NCBI GenBank assembly: GCA_949358305.1
Contig: OX442314.1
Location: 29,450,001 to 29,514,000 of the forward strand
DNA: 64,000 nt
Source of the DNA: Strigamia acuminata
Taxonomy: Eukaryota
Direction of reading: 5' to 3'
The notes under the pieces are model-generated. The model ran no database searches and was not told the origin of the DNA. It saw only the letters and a program-made list of their open reading frames with translations. Positions 35,297 through 46,628 of the stretch are shown piece after piece. How positions within the stretch are numbered: position 1 is the stretch's first letter; every line of letters starts with the position of its first letter. The position numbers and the translations under genes are program-made.

Positions 35297-36667
35297 ATGG
35301 ACGAAATGGCAAATAAGTTTGACAGAATGGATATCCACTCAACCGATTCTTCATCCGATGAGTTCGAGGTGCCAGTGTACAAGCCGCCCGAGCAAGCAGA
35401 GGCAGCACAACCAGATTCGATGCAGTTAGGGAACTGGTACGATCGAACACTGGACCCGAGGAACCCGATGCCGGTGTTAGGCAAGCCGATCAATCTCGAG
35501 GATTTGGTTTCGTTCGAACGCCCATTTACCAACCGACGGAGGCAACAGGGACCAAAACAGCTGGACCCAGCCGATCCAAAATATGTTAAAAAACGAAACC
35601 GTCAGGAGAGGCGCAAGCGTAATCGAACGATAGTACGACAAAGCGATGGAGTCGAGAAGAGAAAGCTGACCCCGAGAGGATTAAAAGTAATAAGGGACCA
35701 GGCAGACCGATCAGTTCGGAGGAACAATCGTCGTCTGTCTGAGATTACCGACGAGCGGGGAAATCTGACGGCGGCGATTGTTCCACTTCAACCCAAAGGA
35801 CCGGAGGGAAGGCGTGTTTATGATGCGTATAAAGCAGCATCGCAGAAGCTTTTGCTCGAGGAGGCGAAGTTGAAGAATAGAGTGGCGCGTGCAAAAGAGC
35901 TTGGGAGACGCACTCAACTCTACGATCCGAGGATAAATCTTCCACCACCGCCGAAAGACTACAGAGTCGGCATGCCCTTCGACAAGCAGATGCGAGCGCT
36001 AGAGATTTGGTACGCCACTTATGACAAACAACCAGACGAGCCGTTGTATATCTCAAAAATTCGTCCTCACATTGTCGTACGCCGTAGAGAAATTCTATCT
36101 CTTGGAGCCTTAATGCCAGGTACAGTGTCCTGGGTACACGACACTATTATCGATGTGTACCTTGGGATGATAATGGAAAGACATCCTCAGGTTTTTGCGT
36201 ATCCAGTTTCGGTAGTCGAAAGATTGATGTCAGCCGAGGATAAACCAAGTACGTGGCGTTGGTATAAAGATTTGGTGGACAAGCCAAACGACAGCCACAC
36301 CATTTGGTTTTTCCCAATACCCACTGAATTTCATTGGATGATCTACGTATATGATCGTAGTCGTTTCCCAAATAACGTAGGATTTTATGATTCTGCGTCC
36401 GAGCCAACTAAAGAACATTTTCAATATTGGAACAATAACAAATTGAATTTGAACGGCGCGGGATTTGTGTTCCCAAAATATCAACGATGGTTCCCGCCGA
36501 AGGCCCCGCAACTCGATGGAGATAGTTGCGGGCCGATGATTCTCCATTTCGCCCGCCGATATCTCGACGAGCGAGATCTAATGAAGTTAGCGGACGGAAC
36601 AGAGTTAAGAACGAGAATTCTATATGAGATTCATCACGGGGAATTCGAGCCGTTCGATGAGGTTTAA
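35297..36667 (+). CDS. Gypsy C ORF3: basic N-terminal region plus C-terminal Ulp1/SENP-like (clan CE, C48) cysteine protease
   Basis: WVHDTIIDVYL, FFPIPTEFHW (His 36332), FYDS (Asp 36389) and PQLDGDSCG (Gln 36509, Cys 36527). A strong splice acceptor lies at 35250. Confidence 0.85.
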   Translation: MDEMANKFDRMDIHSTDSSSDEFEVPVYKPPEQAEAAQPDSMQLGNWYDRTLDPRNPMPVLGKPINLEDLVSFERPFTNRRRQQGPKQLDPADPKYVKKRNRQERRKRNRTIVRQSDGVEKRKLTPRGLKVIRDQADRSVRRNNRRLSEITDERGNLTAAIVPLQPKGPEGRRVYDAYKAASQKLLLEEAKLKNRVARAKELGRRTQLYDPRINLPPPPKDYRVGMPFDKQMRALEIWYATYDKQPDEPLYISKIRPHIVVRRREILSLGALMPGTVSWVHDTIIDVYLGMIMERHPQVFAYPVSVVERLMSAEDKPSTWRWYKDLVDKPNDSHTIWFFPIPTEFHWMIYVYDRSRFPNNVGFYDSASEPTKEHFQYWNNNKLNLNGAGFVFPKYQRWFPPKAPQLDGDSCGPMILHFARRYLDERDLMKLADGTELRTRILYEIHHGEFEPFDEV

Positions 36668-37036
36668 AGGAAGAGAAGATGAATTTTGATTTTGATGATT
36701 TAATTTTGACAAAATTTTCTTTTGATTTACGTTTTTTTTGTGAGACTTTTCAAGTATGTAAAAATAAACAATGGAAAAGCAAATATTGTATTAGTGATAT
36801 TAAGATAGTTTAAGTTGAATTATTTTATGATTTGATTGGAATGGTAATATTGGAATAAAAGGGAGTGAAGTAACTCCAGAATAATTTAAGTTTGTGTGAT
36901 AATAATGAAACAACTGAGTGATAACTTATGAAGGGTAGAAGTAGCCGAACATTCCTTAAGAATGTCCGATTTAAAAGACACCTGTCTGGTATCGAAATTT
37001 GTATTTTGGGGTCCAAAACACAGCAAAAAAGGGAGT

Positions 37037-37559
37037 TGTCACGTGTACGAACCGTGCCAATTAATGCGCGATTCGTAGCACGTAATTCGGACTATTATTA
37101 CTTAAACGTTGCTAAATTTCGGCCACAGATGGCGCTGACGGTTGGATTCCGTCATCGCCATGTGATGGACCGATCAATTCAATTATGGGGTTTATGGCAG
37201 ATTTGCTATAAATAAGGAGCCCGCACTAAGACAGGTCTCTAATCACTTTGCTTTTCAGAACCTAGAGAGTCTGATGTCGCCTCAATAAAGAGCGCGGCTG
37301 ATGACTATAAAACCAATTTGATTGCATTACATTTGGATTATCACACAGTTGTTTTATAACCCAATTAATAAAGGTTGTATGATTTAATGAGAATGTAAAA
37401 TGACAATTTATCCAAATATCATTCTGACCTGTTTGAGAATAAAACTGAATTGAATTTGAAACATAAAACCAATCTCATCCTTTCCTGTCACACTCACTAA
37501 AAACCCCAAATTAAACACAGTTGCGTGGAAACCTAATTAGGCCCAGAAACCACGTAACA
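37037..37559 (+). repeat. Gypsy C 3' LTR
   Basis: Direct repeat of 27788-28310. Confidence 0.95.
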
Positions 37560-40500
37560 ATATCATCCTGGCTGTTTTCCTCCAATGGCCTATCCAAAAA
37601 CTCAGTCCTTCTCTGGATGCCTGGTTTGAGTCTATTTACATGTACAACTTGTCTGTGACCTCCATCTAAATCTGCTATCTCGACATTAACATCAGATACT
37701 ATTCTGGTGACATACAATGGGCCTTTCCACTTAGGTGCAAGCTTAGGAGATAAACCAATTCCAACAACAGTATTTTGAAGATACACCTCATCTCCCAGTT
37801 GAAACATAGGTTGAACTGTACCTCTGTCGTAATATTTCTTACGGACATCTGCAGACTCGTCATGGGCCTTTGATGCATGTTGATGTGCGTACTGCAACCG
37901 GCCCTTCAACTCTGAAGCATAATTAGTATCGGTATCATAATGCACTCTATACGGTTCTGTGCACACTTGGAATGGCTTCTCCGCATCCGTCCCATATAAA
38001 AGATAATAAGGTGTTTCGTTTGTTGATGAGTGCACTGCCTTGTTATATGCTGAAACAGCATATGGTAACCAATCATCCCAATCGTTCTGCTTTTCCCCAA
38101 TATAATGAGAAAGGTGATCTTTAATTGTCTGATTAACCCTTTCTGTTACCCCATTTGACGCTGGATGGTAAGCAGTGGTAAAGACTTTCTGTAAACCCAG
38201 AATAATATATATCTGCCGTAACAACTGAGATGTGAAATTTGCCCCGCGGTCTGTGATTAACTGCTTTGGCACTGTGTGTGGCAACACAACTCGTTCCACA
38301 AATGCTTTTGCAACAGTGTCTGACTTCTGATCAGGCATAGCTACAGCCTCCACAAATCGTGTTAAATGGTCAATAAAAACGAAGATGTAGCGATTTCCCC
38401 GATAAGTCACTGGCAATGGACCCATGATGTCCATTCCTGCCCGATCAAATGGTTTAGAAACTTTCGGAAACTTTTGTAGCGGTGCCCTTCTATGTGGACC
38501 ATAGTCTTTACGGAGCAAACACGACCGACACTGTCGACAATACTCCTGCACGTCTTTTGAAATTCCTTTCCAGTAAAAACACCTTGCTATGGCTTCGTAG
38601 GTCCGTGCATACCCCATGTGACCAGAATACGGTGCATCGTGATAAACGTTAAGGATCTCTGATATCATCTTTCGTGGTGCAACCAAAACTTCCCATATAT
38701 CTCTGCGAGCAGAATCTGCTGCCAGGTTCCGGCGATAAAAAAGAAGACCCCTGTCATCCAAAAAGAACTTATCAGCATCATCCGGCAATGTCCCTTTATA
38801 GATTGTGTGACAATCATTCTCCAGATGTTGTATGAAAGGACCCCAAACATCATCTTTCTTCTGCTCAGCCCGAAGGCGTTCCCGATCCCAAATGGGATCA
38901 ACATCATCCAGAACATTGATCGGCAATCGACTTAAAGCATCCGCATTTCCATGACTAACTCCTGCTCTATGGACAATGGAAAAATCATATCCCTGTAATG
39001 CAAGTGCCCATCTTGCCAATCGTGAAGTTGGATCACGAATTCCCATCAACCAGACCAATGGCCTGTGATCAGTAATGATCTCAAATCTTCTGCCATACAA
39101 ATAACAACGGAAAATCTTTGTTGCAAAAACTACTGCCAAACACTCCTTCTCTGCCGTGGAATAATTCCTTTCAGCTTTATTTAACTGTCTACTGGCGTAA
39201 GCTACTGGGTAATCAATCCCGTCATATGACTGTGAAAGAACAGCCCCCAAAGCAAAATCTGAAGCATCTGTGGCCAAAATGAATGGTTTTTTAAAGTCTG
39301 GATATTTTAACAAAGGTGCTTGCACCAAAGCCTTCTTGCACTCCTCAAATGCTGCCTGTGCATCTTGGGTCCAAACAAAACCCTCATCTTCTTTTCTTGT
39401 CAATTTCGTGAGTGGTCTTGCCAAATCAGCGAATGACTGAACATGGCGGCGATAATAAGAAATCAATCCCAAAAACTGACGAACACTCCGAATATCCCTT
39501 GGTACTGGAAACTTTGCAACTGCATCCAATTTCGCTGGATCAGGCTTGATACCCTCCCTGTTAATTATATGTCCCAAATATTTTGCCTCCTCCTGCAAAA
39601 ACTGACATTTTTTCAGTTTCAACTTCAAACCACTTTCACGCAACCGTTTAAAAACCATCTCCAGGTTCTGCAAATGTGTTTCAAAAGTTGAACCTAATAC
39701 TATGATGTCATCCAAATAAACCATAGCCTCTGCTGGACTCATTCCTAACAACAACATGTCAGCCAACTGCTGAAAACTACTAGGAGCATTCATCAATCCC
39801 ATTGCCAAACGGCAAAATTGATATTGTCCTCTAGGTGTGGAAAAAGCTGTCTTCGACCGGTCTATTTCGGCCAAAGGCATTTGGAAATATGCACTTAACA
39901 TATCCAGCAATGTAAAATACATGGAAGATCCCAAATTATCTAGTGTATCATCAATCCTGGGCAAAGGATACCGCTGAGGCACTGTGACTTTATTTAGGCC
40001 CCTATAATCTACTACAAAACGAAAACTTCCATCAGACTTCTTCACCAATAAAGCTGGTGCTGACCATGGAGATACAGCTGCCTCAATCACCCCTGCATCT
40101 TTCAACTTCTGCAATTGTTTGTCCATCTCCCCCCGCAATGCATGTGGAGTCCGATATGGTGGTACATAAACTGGTGGATGATCACCCGTAAATATGCGAT
40201 GTTCGATCCATGGACAATGTCCAATGTCATTGTCATCCTTTGCAAAAACATCCCGATATTTGACAATCAGTCTCTCAACCCCTGCTCTCTCATCAGTTGA
40301 CAAATGAGTCAAATCAACTTGTTGTAAAACATCAAAGTCCAATTCATCCGACTGTTTCTGTTGCTCCTGCACAATTCCTGCAACTGTATTCGGAATCATC
40401 TCTTCGACACTACAAAATGTCCCAACTGCTAGATTCCTTTGTAGTTTAATGCTTTCACTACTTAGATTTATAAATTTCATAGGCATCATCCCATCTGTAT

Positions 40501-41236
40501 CAACTTTTGCCAATGTCCTTGCTGCATAAACTCCAGATGGCAAAGGGAGTGGTTCCATCATTGCTAATTTGTTTTCCAAGCGTTCAGCCTTAATGTTAAT
40601 ATTTGCCACCACTTCAGTCCTAGCAGGCAAAACAAGTTTTCTATGTAATCTTCCATAACACACATCCCTTCCCTCTGTAAAATGATGAACCCCCTGATCG
40701 TACCTAGTGGCACACATATCGACTTCTGTTCCTCCAACTATTACCTTCCTAGAGCTAGCCAAAATATCAATAGGAATAGGGCCAAAAATTACATCACGAC
40801 CCAACAACATTTGAGCCGACATATACTTGTCAGGTACAACAAAAACATTTGCAAAAATTACCTTATCAGAAATCTGCATTTTTACCTTATAACTACCCAA
40901 AACTGGCAAAGAATGTTTAGTAATACTTTGCAATTCCTTATTCGAGTTATCAAGCTGTTTAAGTTTACCATGAGACATAACAATCTGGTCATAGAAACCC
41001 TTACTTAACAAAGTAACTGCAGATCCCCCATCAAGCATAAATACACCTGGCACACCATAAACAAAACCACTTATATTAATCTGTTCAATATCACTATTAA
41101 CATGTTTATATGAGTCACTTATCTGTGGCACTTTGACACTAGAGTGTCCCAATTGGAGCGGTTCTTTTTCTTTTTCCTCTACTGGCGATGTCCCCCTTCC
41201 GCTCCTTGTTGCTGGAGGTCGCCATCCGCGTTTTTT
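37560..41236 (-). CDS. Gypsy B pol (PR-RT-RH-INT), -1 frame relative to gag
   Basis: MLDGGS, FVVDYRGLN, VYLDDII, TDASDFALG, HMG...CRSC, GMDIMGP, TDRGANF, WKGP. A-AAA-AAC heptamer at 41236-41230. Confidence 0.95.
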
Positions 41237-42222
41237 TGGTTGTTATAACGTGACCCTTGTCCCGTGCGTTGTTGCTGCTGTTGCCGATACTGGTGTTGCT
41301 GTTGCTGTGGCTGCTGCTGTGGGCGGTTCCGACACGCTGCCCGAAAATGTCCCGGTTGTTGGCAATTAAAACACAGACGAATTCGTTGTTGGCGCTGTGG
41401 TCGTTCCCTACACTCGCGTTGATAGTGGCCAAACATCCCACAAGCATAGCACTTGACTTCACGTCGCGAAAAGTTCCCAGTAGAATTTCCAAAGCGCTGT
41501 TGTTCAGATTGAGCGTCTGCTTTTGCTTTAACCTCACTCACAACTGATGTTAATTTTGCCATCATGTCCATCACCGTTGCCATTTGAGCCTCAAACTGAC
41601 CGAAAGAGGTGGAATCCGTCAAAGCCCCCACTTGCACGCGCATCTTTCGAGCCAACTTCTCGTTGCCTTCTTCCTTGGTCGCCATCTCGACTGCTTCCGT
41701 AAAAGTCTTTGGATCTCTCGACATAACTCGACCCTGAATTGCCTCCTGTAGACCTGCAAGATAGGTAGCTAGCATGTCCTTATTAACAACATCCCGAGCA
41801 ATTTTTAAATAATTGTCCTTCTCATCCTGTGTGTCCCCTACAGCTTCCGGCATTACTTCCTCAGCCAAGGTCTGCAATCTAGTGGCATATGTCTTGGCAT
41901 CTTCTCCCTGGCGCTGCATACATGCAAGAAATCCCTGTCGCTTGGTATAATGTGGCTCCTCGTCAAATCTGGCTTTCAACAATCTCTTGAAATCAGCATA
42001 AATATTTACAGCCTTAATTTCACTATCTTTTCATACATAAGTAAAAGCCTCATCCTCACATTTACATTTGGCTATGCCCAATTTCATCTCATCTGTCCAC
42101 ACACCCATTTTCCCAACTTGATCAATTATACTAAAAAAATCATCTGGACTTGTAGTGCCTTTGTAAGCAGGTACCAGTATAAACAAAGACATGGCAGCTG
42201 TTCCCTGCCCTGCATTAGCCAT
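41179..42222 (-). pseudogene. Gypsy B gag with two CCHC knuckles and one in-frame TGA (42033-42031)
   Basis: ORFs 42031-42261 and 41179-41982 are in the same frame. CYACGMFGHYQREC and CFNCQQPGHFRAAC. Confidence 0.88.
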
Positions 42223-42627
42223 AATGTATAATAGTCCCAACCAAATAATACAATAATACAAGGTAAATGATAAATTAACAATATACTAACAATAATACAA
42301 GATAAATGATAAACTAACAATATACTAACAATAATACAAAATAAAATTACTTAACCGAAATAAGTTATGACATCAAAGACATAATAGTAACATAACCCAC
42401 AAAGAACAATAGTAACACTGAAACCAAAACCGCACGATCGTGTTTGTCAACACAAAAATAGCATCAGCAAACTATTTTAGGAAAAAGTATTATGTAAGCA
42501 AAACAAAATTACAATAATTTAAAATTACACACTTCATAAACAAAAGGAAAAAAAATATACATTAATATCTACACATTCAAAACTACAGTAACATTCCAAA
42601 TAAACATCAAATTAATCCTCTTTTTAA

Positions 42628-42639
42628 CCGCTGCCACCA
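42628..42639 (-). other. Gypsy B primer-binding site, tRNA-Leu type
   Basis: TGGTGGCAGCGG, 2 nt inside the LTR. Confidence 0.8.
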
Positions 42640-42641
42640 CT

Positions 42642-42923
42642 TGTAATGTGACCAACTGGTTTATATACATAAATACATTATTTAATTGACTAAGCATAAG
42701 AAAACAAGTAAATTACAAGTCCCAACAAATCATATAGAAACTCAACTTACATATTCATATCGATACACTCAGTGAGGAACTGACATACAAAAAGAGCTGA
42801 CACGCGAACGAATGAAAACAAACATGATCAAGTCTCTTGTTTTTTTTTGTAAATTAAAACTCTTCGTGATGCGTCAGATCACTCGCAACGTCATGTGACG
42901 TTGCGACTGCTCGACACATCACA
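42642..42923 (-). repeat. Gypsy B 5' LTR (282 bp)
   Basis: Plus-strand termini TGTAATGTG...CACATCACA. The last 52 bp match 9871-9922. Confidence 0.88.
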
Positions 42924-44020
42924 TTACAATACAAAAAGCATGGATCAATCACACACATATCTAAATGATTGTGATTGATCTTACAAATTCAAAAACATTA
43001 ATTTTATATACATAAAAGGCAATTGTCATTTGAATCAAATAAATTATTACATTTATATGGGGCTTAAAAATAAATACAACAATTGCCCAAGCTTTAAGAT
43101 CAAAATAAACAAAAACTTTCTTTAATCATATCAACAGCAAATTAAATTATTTTCACACTGCACATAAGATATGACAATTAGACATAACAATGGTTATTTT
43201 TCACATTGTTTATGCACGACATTTCAACTAATGGATAACTCTTTATTTACAAAATGCTAACACGCAGCCTACACTATATTATTGCCATCATGCAGGCAGT
43301 CATGTTGGTAAACAAAGTTGTGATGTCATGTAAATTACTTTGGGTTCCAGAGTAAGATTAGCATAGACTAATCACCAAGTGTAGTGCTACACTTGACCTT
43401 TTTACTCCAGAAAATCAAAAAATAGTGTTTCAACACACAGTAAAGAATCCTGTATGTTGGGACTGTTTGTAACAATGTGAGAGAGCGTTGCATTTAAATA
43501 ATGAAAGTATTGACTGTTTAGATAATAACAATACTTTATTTTTTTTAAAAATTAAACAATTGTGAAATACACACTCCTGCGGTCGCATTGTAAGTTTTCA
43601 GACTTTTCATCAGATGGCGGCATTATCAAGTAATATTTGTGAGCCGTTATTCTTTCCTGGTTTATCAACTGTATTTGCAAATGCAGATAAAAACCGGAGG
43701 AATTTCCCAGCTGCTGTTACCTTACATTAAACTGTATACGTCCGAGTTTAGGTTAAGCTAATGTTCTATTTTTTTCCAAAGTTATGTACGTGTAAGTTAA
43801 CGTTTATTCTTTTCATTTTTTTATATTATCAAATTCTGGAAAGATCGTGTTAGAAGGATGATGCGACTTTTGTTTTATGAAGTTAGAAATAAGTATGAAA
43901 TTACGGAAATAATTATTACTTATTAGGAAAGCGAAAAAATTCAGTTTTTTGTAGATCACAAATTCACAATTAATAAATTACGATTAGTCTTTATATAGGA
44001 TTTAATGCTGATACAACTTT

Positions 44021-44122
44021 GTGAACGGCCATACCACGCTGGAAACACCGGTTCTCGTCCGATCCCCGAAGTTAAGCAGCATCGGGTCTGGTTTTCTACT
44101 TGGATGGGAGACCGCCTGGGAA
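44021..44122 (+). pseudogene. 5S rRNA gene, 5' portion (split by insertion; 3' end at 52494-52510)
   Basis: GTGAACGGCCATACCACGCTG...GACCGCCTGGGAA is near-identical to the intact copy, with TATA about 30 nt upstream. Confidence 0.9.
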
Positions 44123-45285
44123 TCCCCCTAAATGCTAAAGGGAAGAAGTATGAAGCTGCGTCCGTCCGCGCACTTCCTGCGAAACAGGAAGTGTGTAGCC
44201 CTTGATATTTTCCAGAAACGGTGGCGCCACCTGGTGGCGGTTTCTATTTGAAAATTTGAAAATGTTCGTTCCCGATAGGAAGAATGCTCTTTTCTATGTC
44301 GAAATGATCTCGGAAAATTATGAAACCAAGTTCAAACGATTGCAAATTGAATTTTGCATCCGCCTGTATCTTTTATTTTTTAATTTGGTCAAGAAAAACT
44401 ACCGATTCGGACGTTTTTAGCGGGTGAACGGATGGAATAAATTTCAAAATGTTCGTCGCGATATGTTTTTCAATTGTTTCTACATCAAAATGAGCTCGAA
44501 AAATTCTGATACCAAGCTCATTTCAAAGAGGAGACAATTCTGCACAACCCTGTATTTTTTAATTTTCGATTCGGTAAAAAAAAAGTACCTATTCGGGCGA
44601 TCTTTGCGGGCGACCGATTGGAAAATTTTTGCAAATTTTGAATTTGACCATGAAAAACCCAAAATTTAAAAACATGGAGCGATTGGATTGTTTAAAACAT
44701 GTTTCCAGTGTGAAAAATTCCGCTGAAAGCCATGGTGTCAATAACTCTTTGATTGGAATTATTGTTAGGCTTTTTATTAGCAAAAATCGATCTTATTTGG
44801 ATAAAAAAGGAGAAGAAAATGGTAAAAGCTACCGACAGATGGCGGTACTTTGCGGGTGTTGGCAGGTCTTTGCGGGTCTTTGCGAGGGGGTAGCCAATCG
44901 CAAAAATCGCTTTCGAGATTTTGAAATCTTTGAAGATTTCATGAGATTTCATGAGATTCCAAAATCTTTGCCTGCGTGAGATTTCCAGCTCGATTTGCTA
45001 GAATTTACACCAAATTGCAAGACAATTTATAAGATTTCCAGGATTTCACGAGATTTGAAAAATTTCAAAGATTTCAGGGATTTGCTAGTGTTGTATTGTA
45101 ATAATTAGATTTTACGCGCAATTGTCGTTTCTGTTGCTACGGCTACCAATCTGTATTGGTAACGTGCACTTGTTGTAAAACTCGCACTTGTTCGCAAACA
45201 TTTGACAAGTAAAGTTGCTTTTTCACTTTCTTTTCACTCCACTCGAAAACGTCTCTTTTTACTACACATTTCACATTTGGTAGCA

Positions 45286-46473
45286 GAGGAGCAAGACGGG
45301 GATCCGGTGGTAGAACCACAAGCATTGCCAGATGTTGCAGAAGTGGAGCGAGCTGCAGGACGACCCCGAGGTGCGACTGCCGAAGCCGTCGCGTTCGCGT
45401 CTTTCATCTTCGCGACGCAAAGCGACGGCTTCGGCAGTCGCACCTCGGGGTCGTCCTGCAGCTCGCTCCACTTCTGCAACATCTGGCAATGCTTGTGGTT
45501 CTACCACCGGATCCCCGTCTTGCTCCTCCTCCTCGCGAGCAGGCGGATCCGCTCGAACATCGACCGGTTCGTCTAACTCGCGAAGTATTTCTTCCCGGTG
45601 TCCGTCCGAACCACGAGCGTTGAGAATCTTTGCCCCGTTTGACGCTTCATCAAAAACGACCGATCGTGCTTCCACGACGTCTCCAAACTCAGGGACAAAA
45701 ATCCTGTAAGCCTTTCGCGTGGCAGAGTAGCCAATGAAAACGCCTTGTCGCGCCTTCACGTCAAGCTTGCGTCGCTGACTGTCTGGAATGTGTAGCCACG
45801 CTACGCAGCCAAAGACACGGAGAAAAGTGACGGTGGGCTTCCGCCCCGTCCAAATCTCTTCAGGAACTAACTGACCGTTGGGTTTAGTGGTCGTCCGATT
45901 TTTGACGAATGCAGCTGTCGCCAACGCTTCTGCCCAGAAACGTAAAGGCAGCTTCGAATGTGCCAATAACGTTCTCGCTGTCTCAACAAGCGTCCGGTTT
46001 GACCGCTCGGCGATTCCGTTGCTGGCCGGATTAAATGGGACTGTGAGCTCGTGGTCAATTCCATTCGCTTCACAAAAAATGGCAAATTCTCTGCTGGTGA
46101 ACTCGCCTCCATTGTCCGTGCGTAGTCTGCAAATCGTGTTGCCTGTTTGTTTTTCCATCATCAATTTAAATGTTTGGAAAAAACCCAATGTTTGCGATTT
46201 CTCCTTCAAGAAATAGACGAATTTCTTCCTGGAGAAGTCATCCGTCAAAACAAACGCGTATCTCGAACCCGACAACGACGGAACTTGAAAAGGTCCCACC
46301 AGGTCAGCGTGTATTAATTCTAAAATTTTCTGTGATTGCTTGCCTGTTATTCGTTTGTGTGGCGCTCTCGTCAGCTTCCCCTCAATGCACGAACTGCATT
46401 TGGACAGTTTTTCATCACCGAATTTTATTCCGTGAACTGCTTCGCGCGCACGCATCTGGTCAAGCGTTTCCTC
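45286..46473 (-). repeat. Duplicated internal sequence in the Copia F leader: 107-bp direct copy plus 1085-bp inverted copy
   Basis: 45286-45392 equals 48933-49039. 45389-46473 is the reverse complement of 47988-49072 (one substitution seen). Confidence 0.95.
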
Positions 46474-46628
46474 ATTTGGTAGCAGAGTCGGGTTTGGACA
46501 CGATTCACGGTCAAAAAAGGAAGACGTTTGTGATATAACTTTGAAGAAATCGAAGTTATAAAGAAGGAAGAGAAGAACGAAGAACAAAGAACGAAGAACG
46601 ATCGAAACGTGCGCGAAACGTTCGAAAA

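Larger units (their letters stand above)
27788..37559 (+). mobile_element. Apparently intact Gypsy element C with a Ulp1-like ORF3
   Basis: 523-bp LTRs 27788-28310 and 37037-37559 (TGTCACGTG...CACGTAACA, no difference seen), TSD ATAT (27784-27787, 37560-37563), PBS TGGTGGAGAT at 28313 (tRNA-Ala-like), PPT AAAAAAGGGAG at 37025-37035. Confidence 0.96.
9871..42923 (-). mobile_element. Env-bearing Gypsy element B (gag-pol-env), interrupted by elements C, D/E and A
   Basis: 5' LTR 42642-42923, tRNA-Leu-type PBS, gag, pol, env, PPT 9924-9932 and a 3' LTR remnant 9871-9922. The ORFs rejoin in frame when the nested elements and one TSD copy are removed. Confidence 0.92.

Noticed and set aside
44997..45088. 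Very long TSD around Copia F (87-bp block repeated at 51026)
   Set aside because: The copies differ and belong to a pre-existing tandem repeat in the host insert. The 5-bp GCTAG is the TSD.
45271..46587. 438-aa minus-strand integrase ORF as a separate gene or Ginger-like transposon
   Set aside because: It is the inverted duplicate of 47988-49072 fused to antisense leader sequence.
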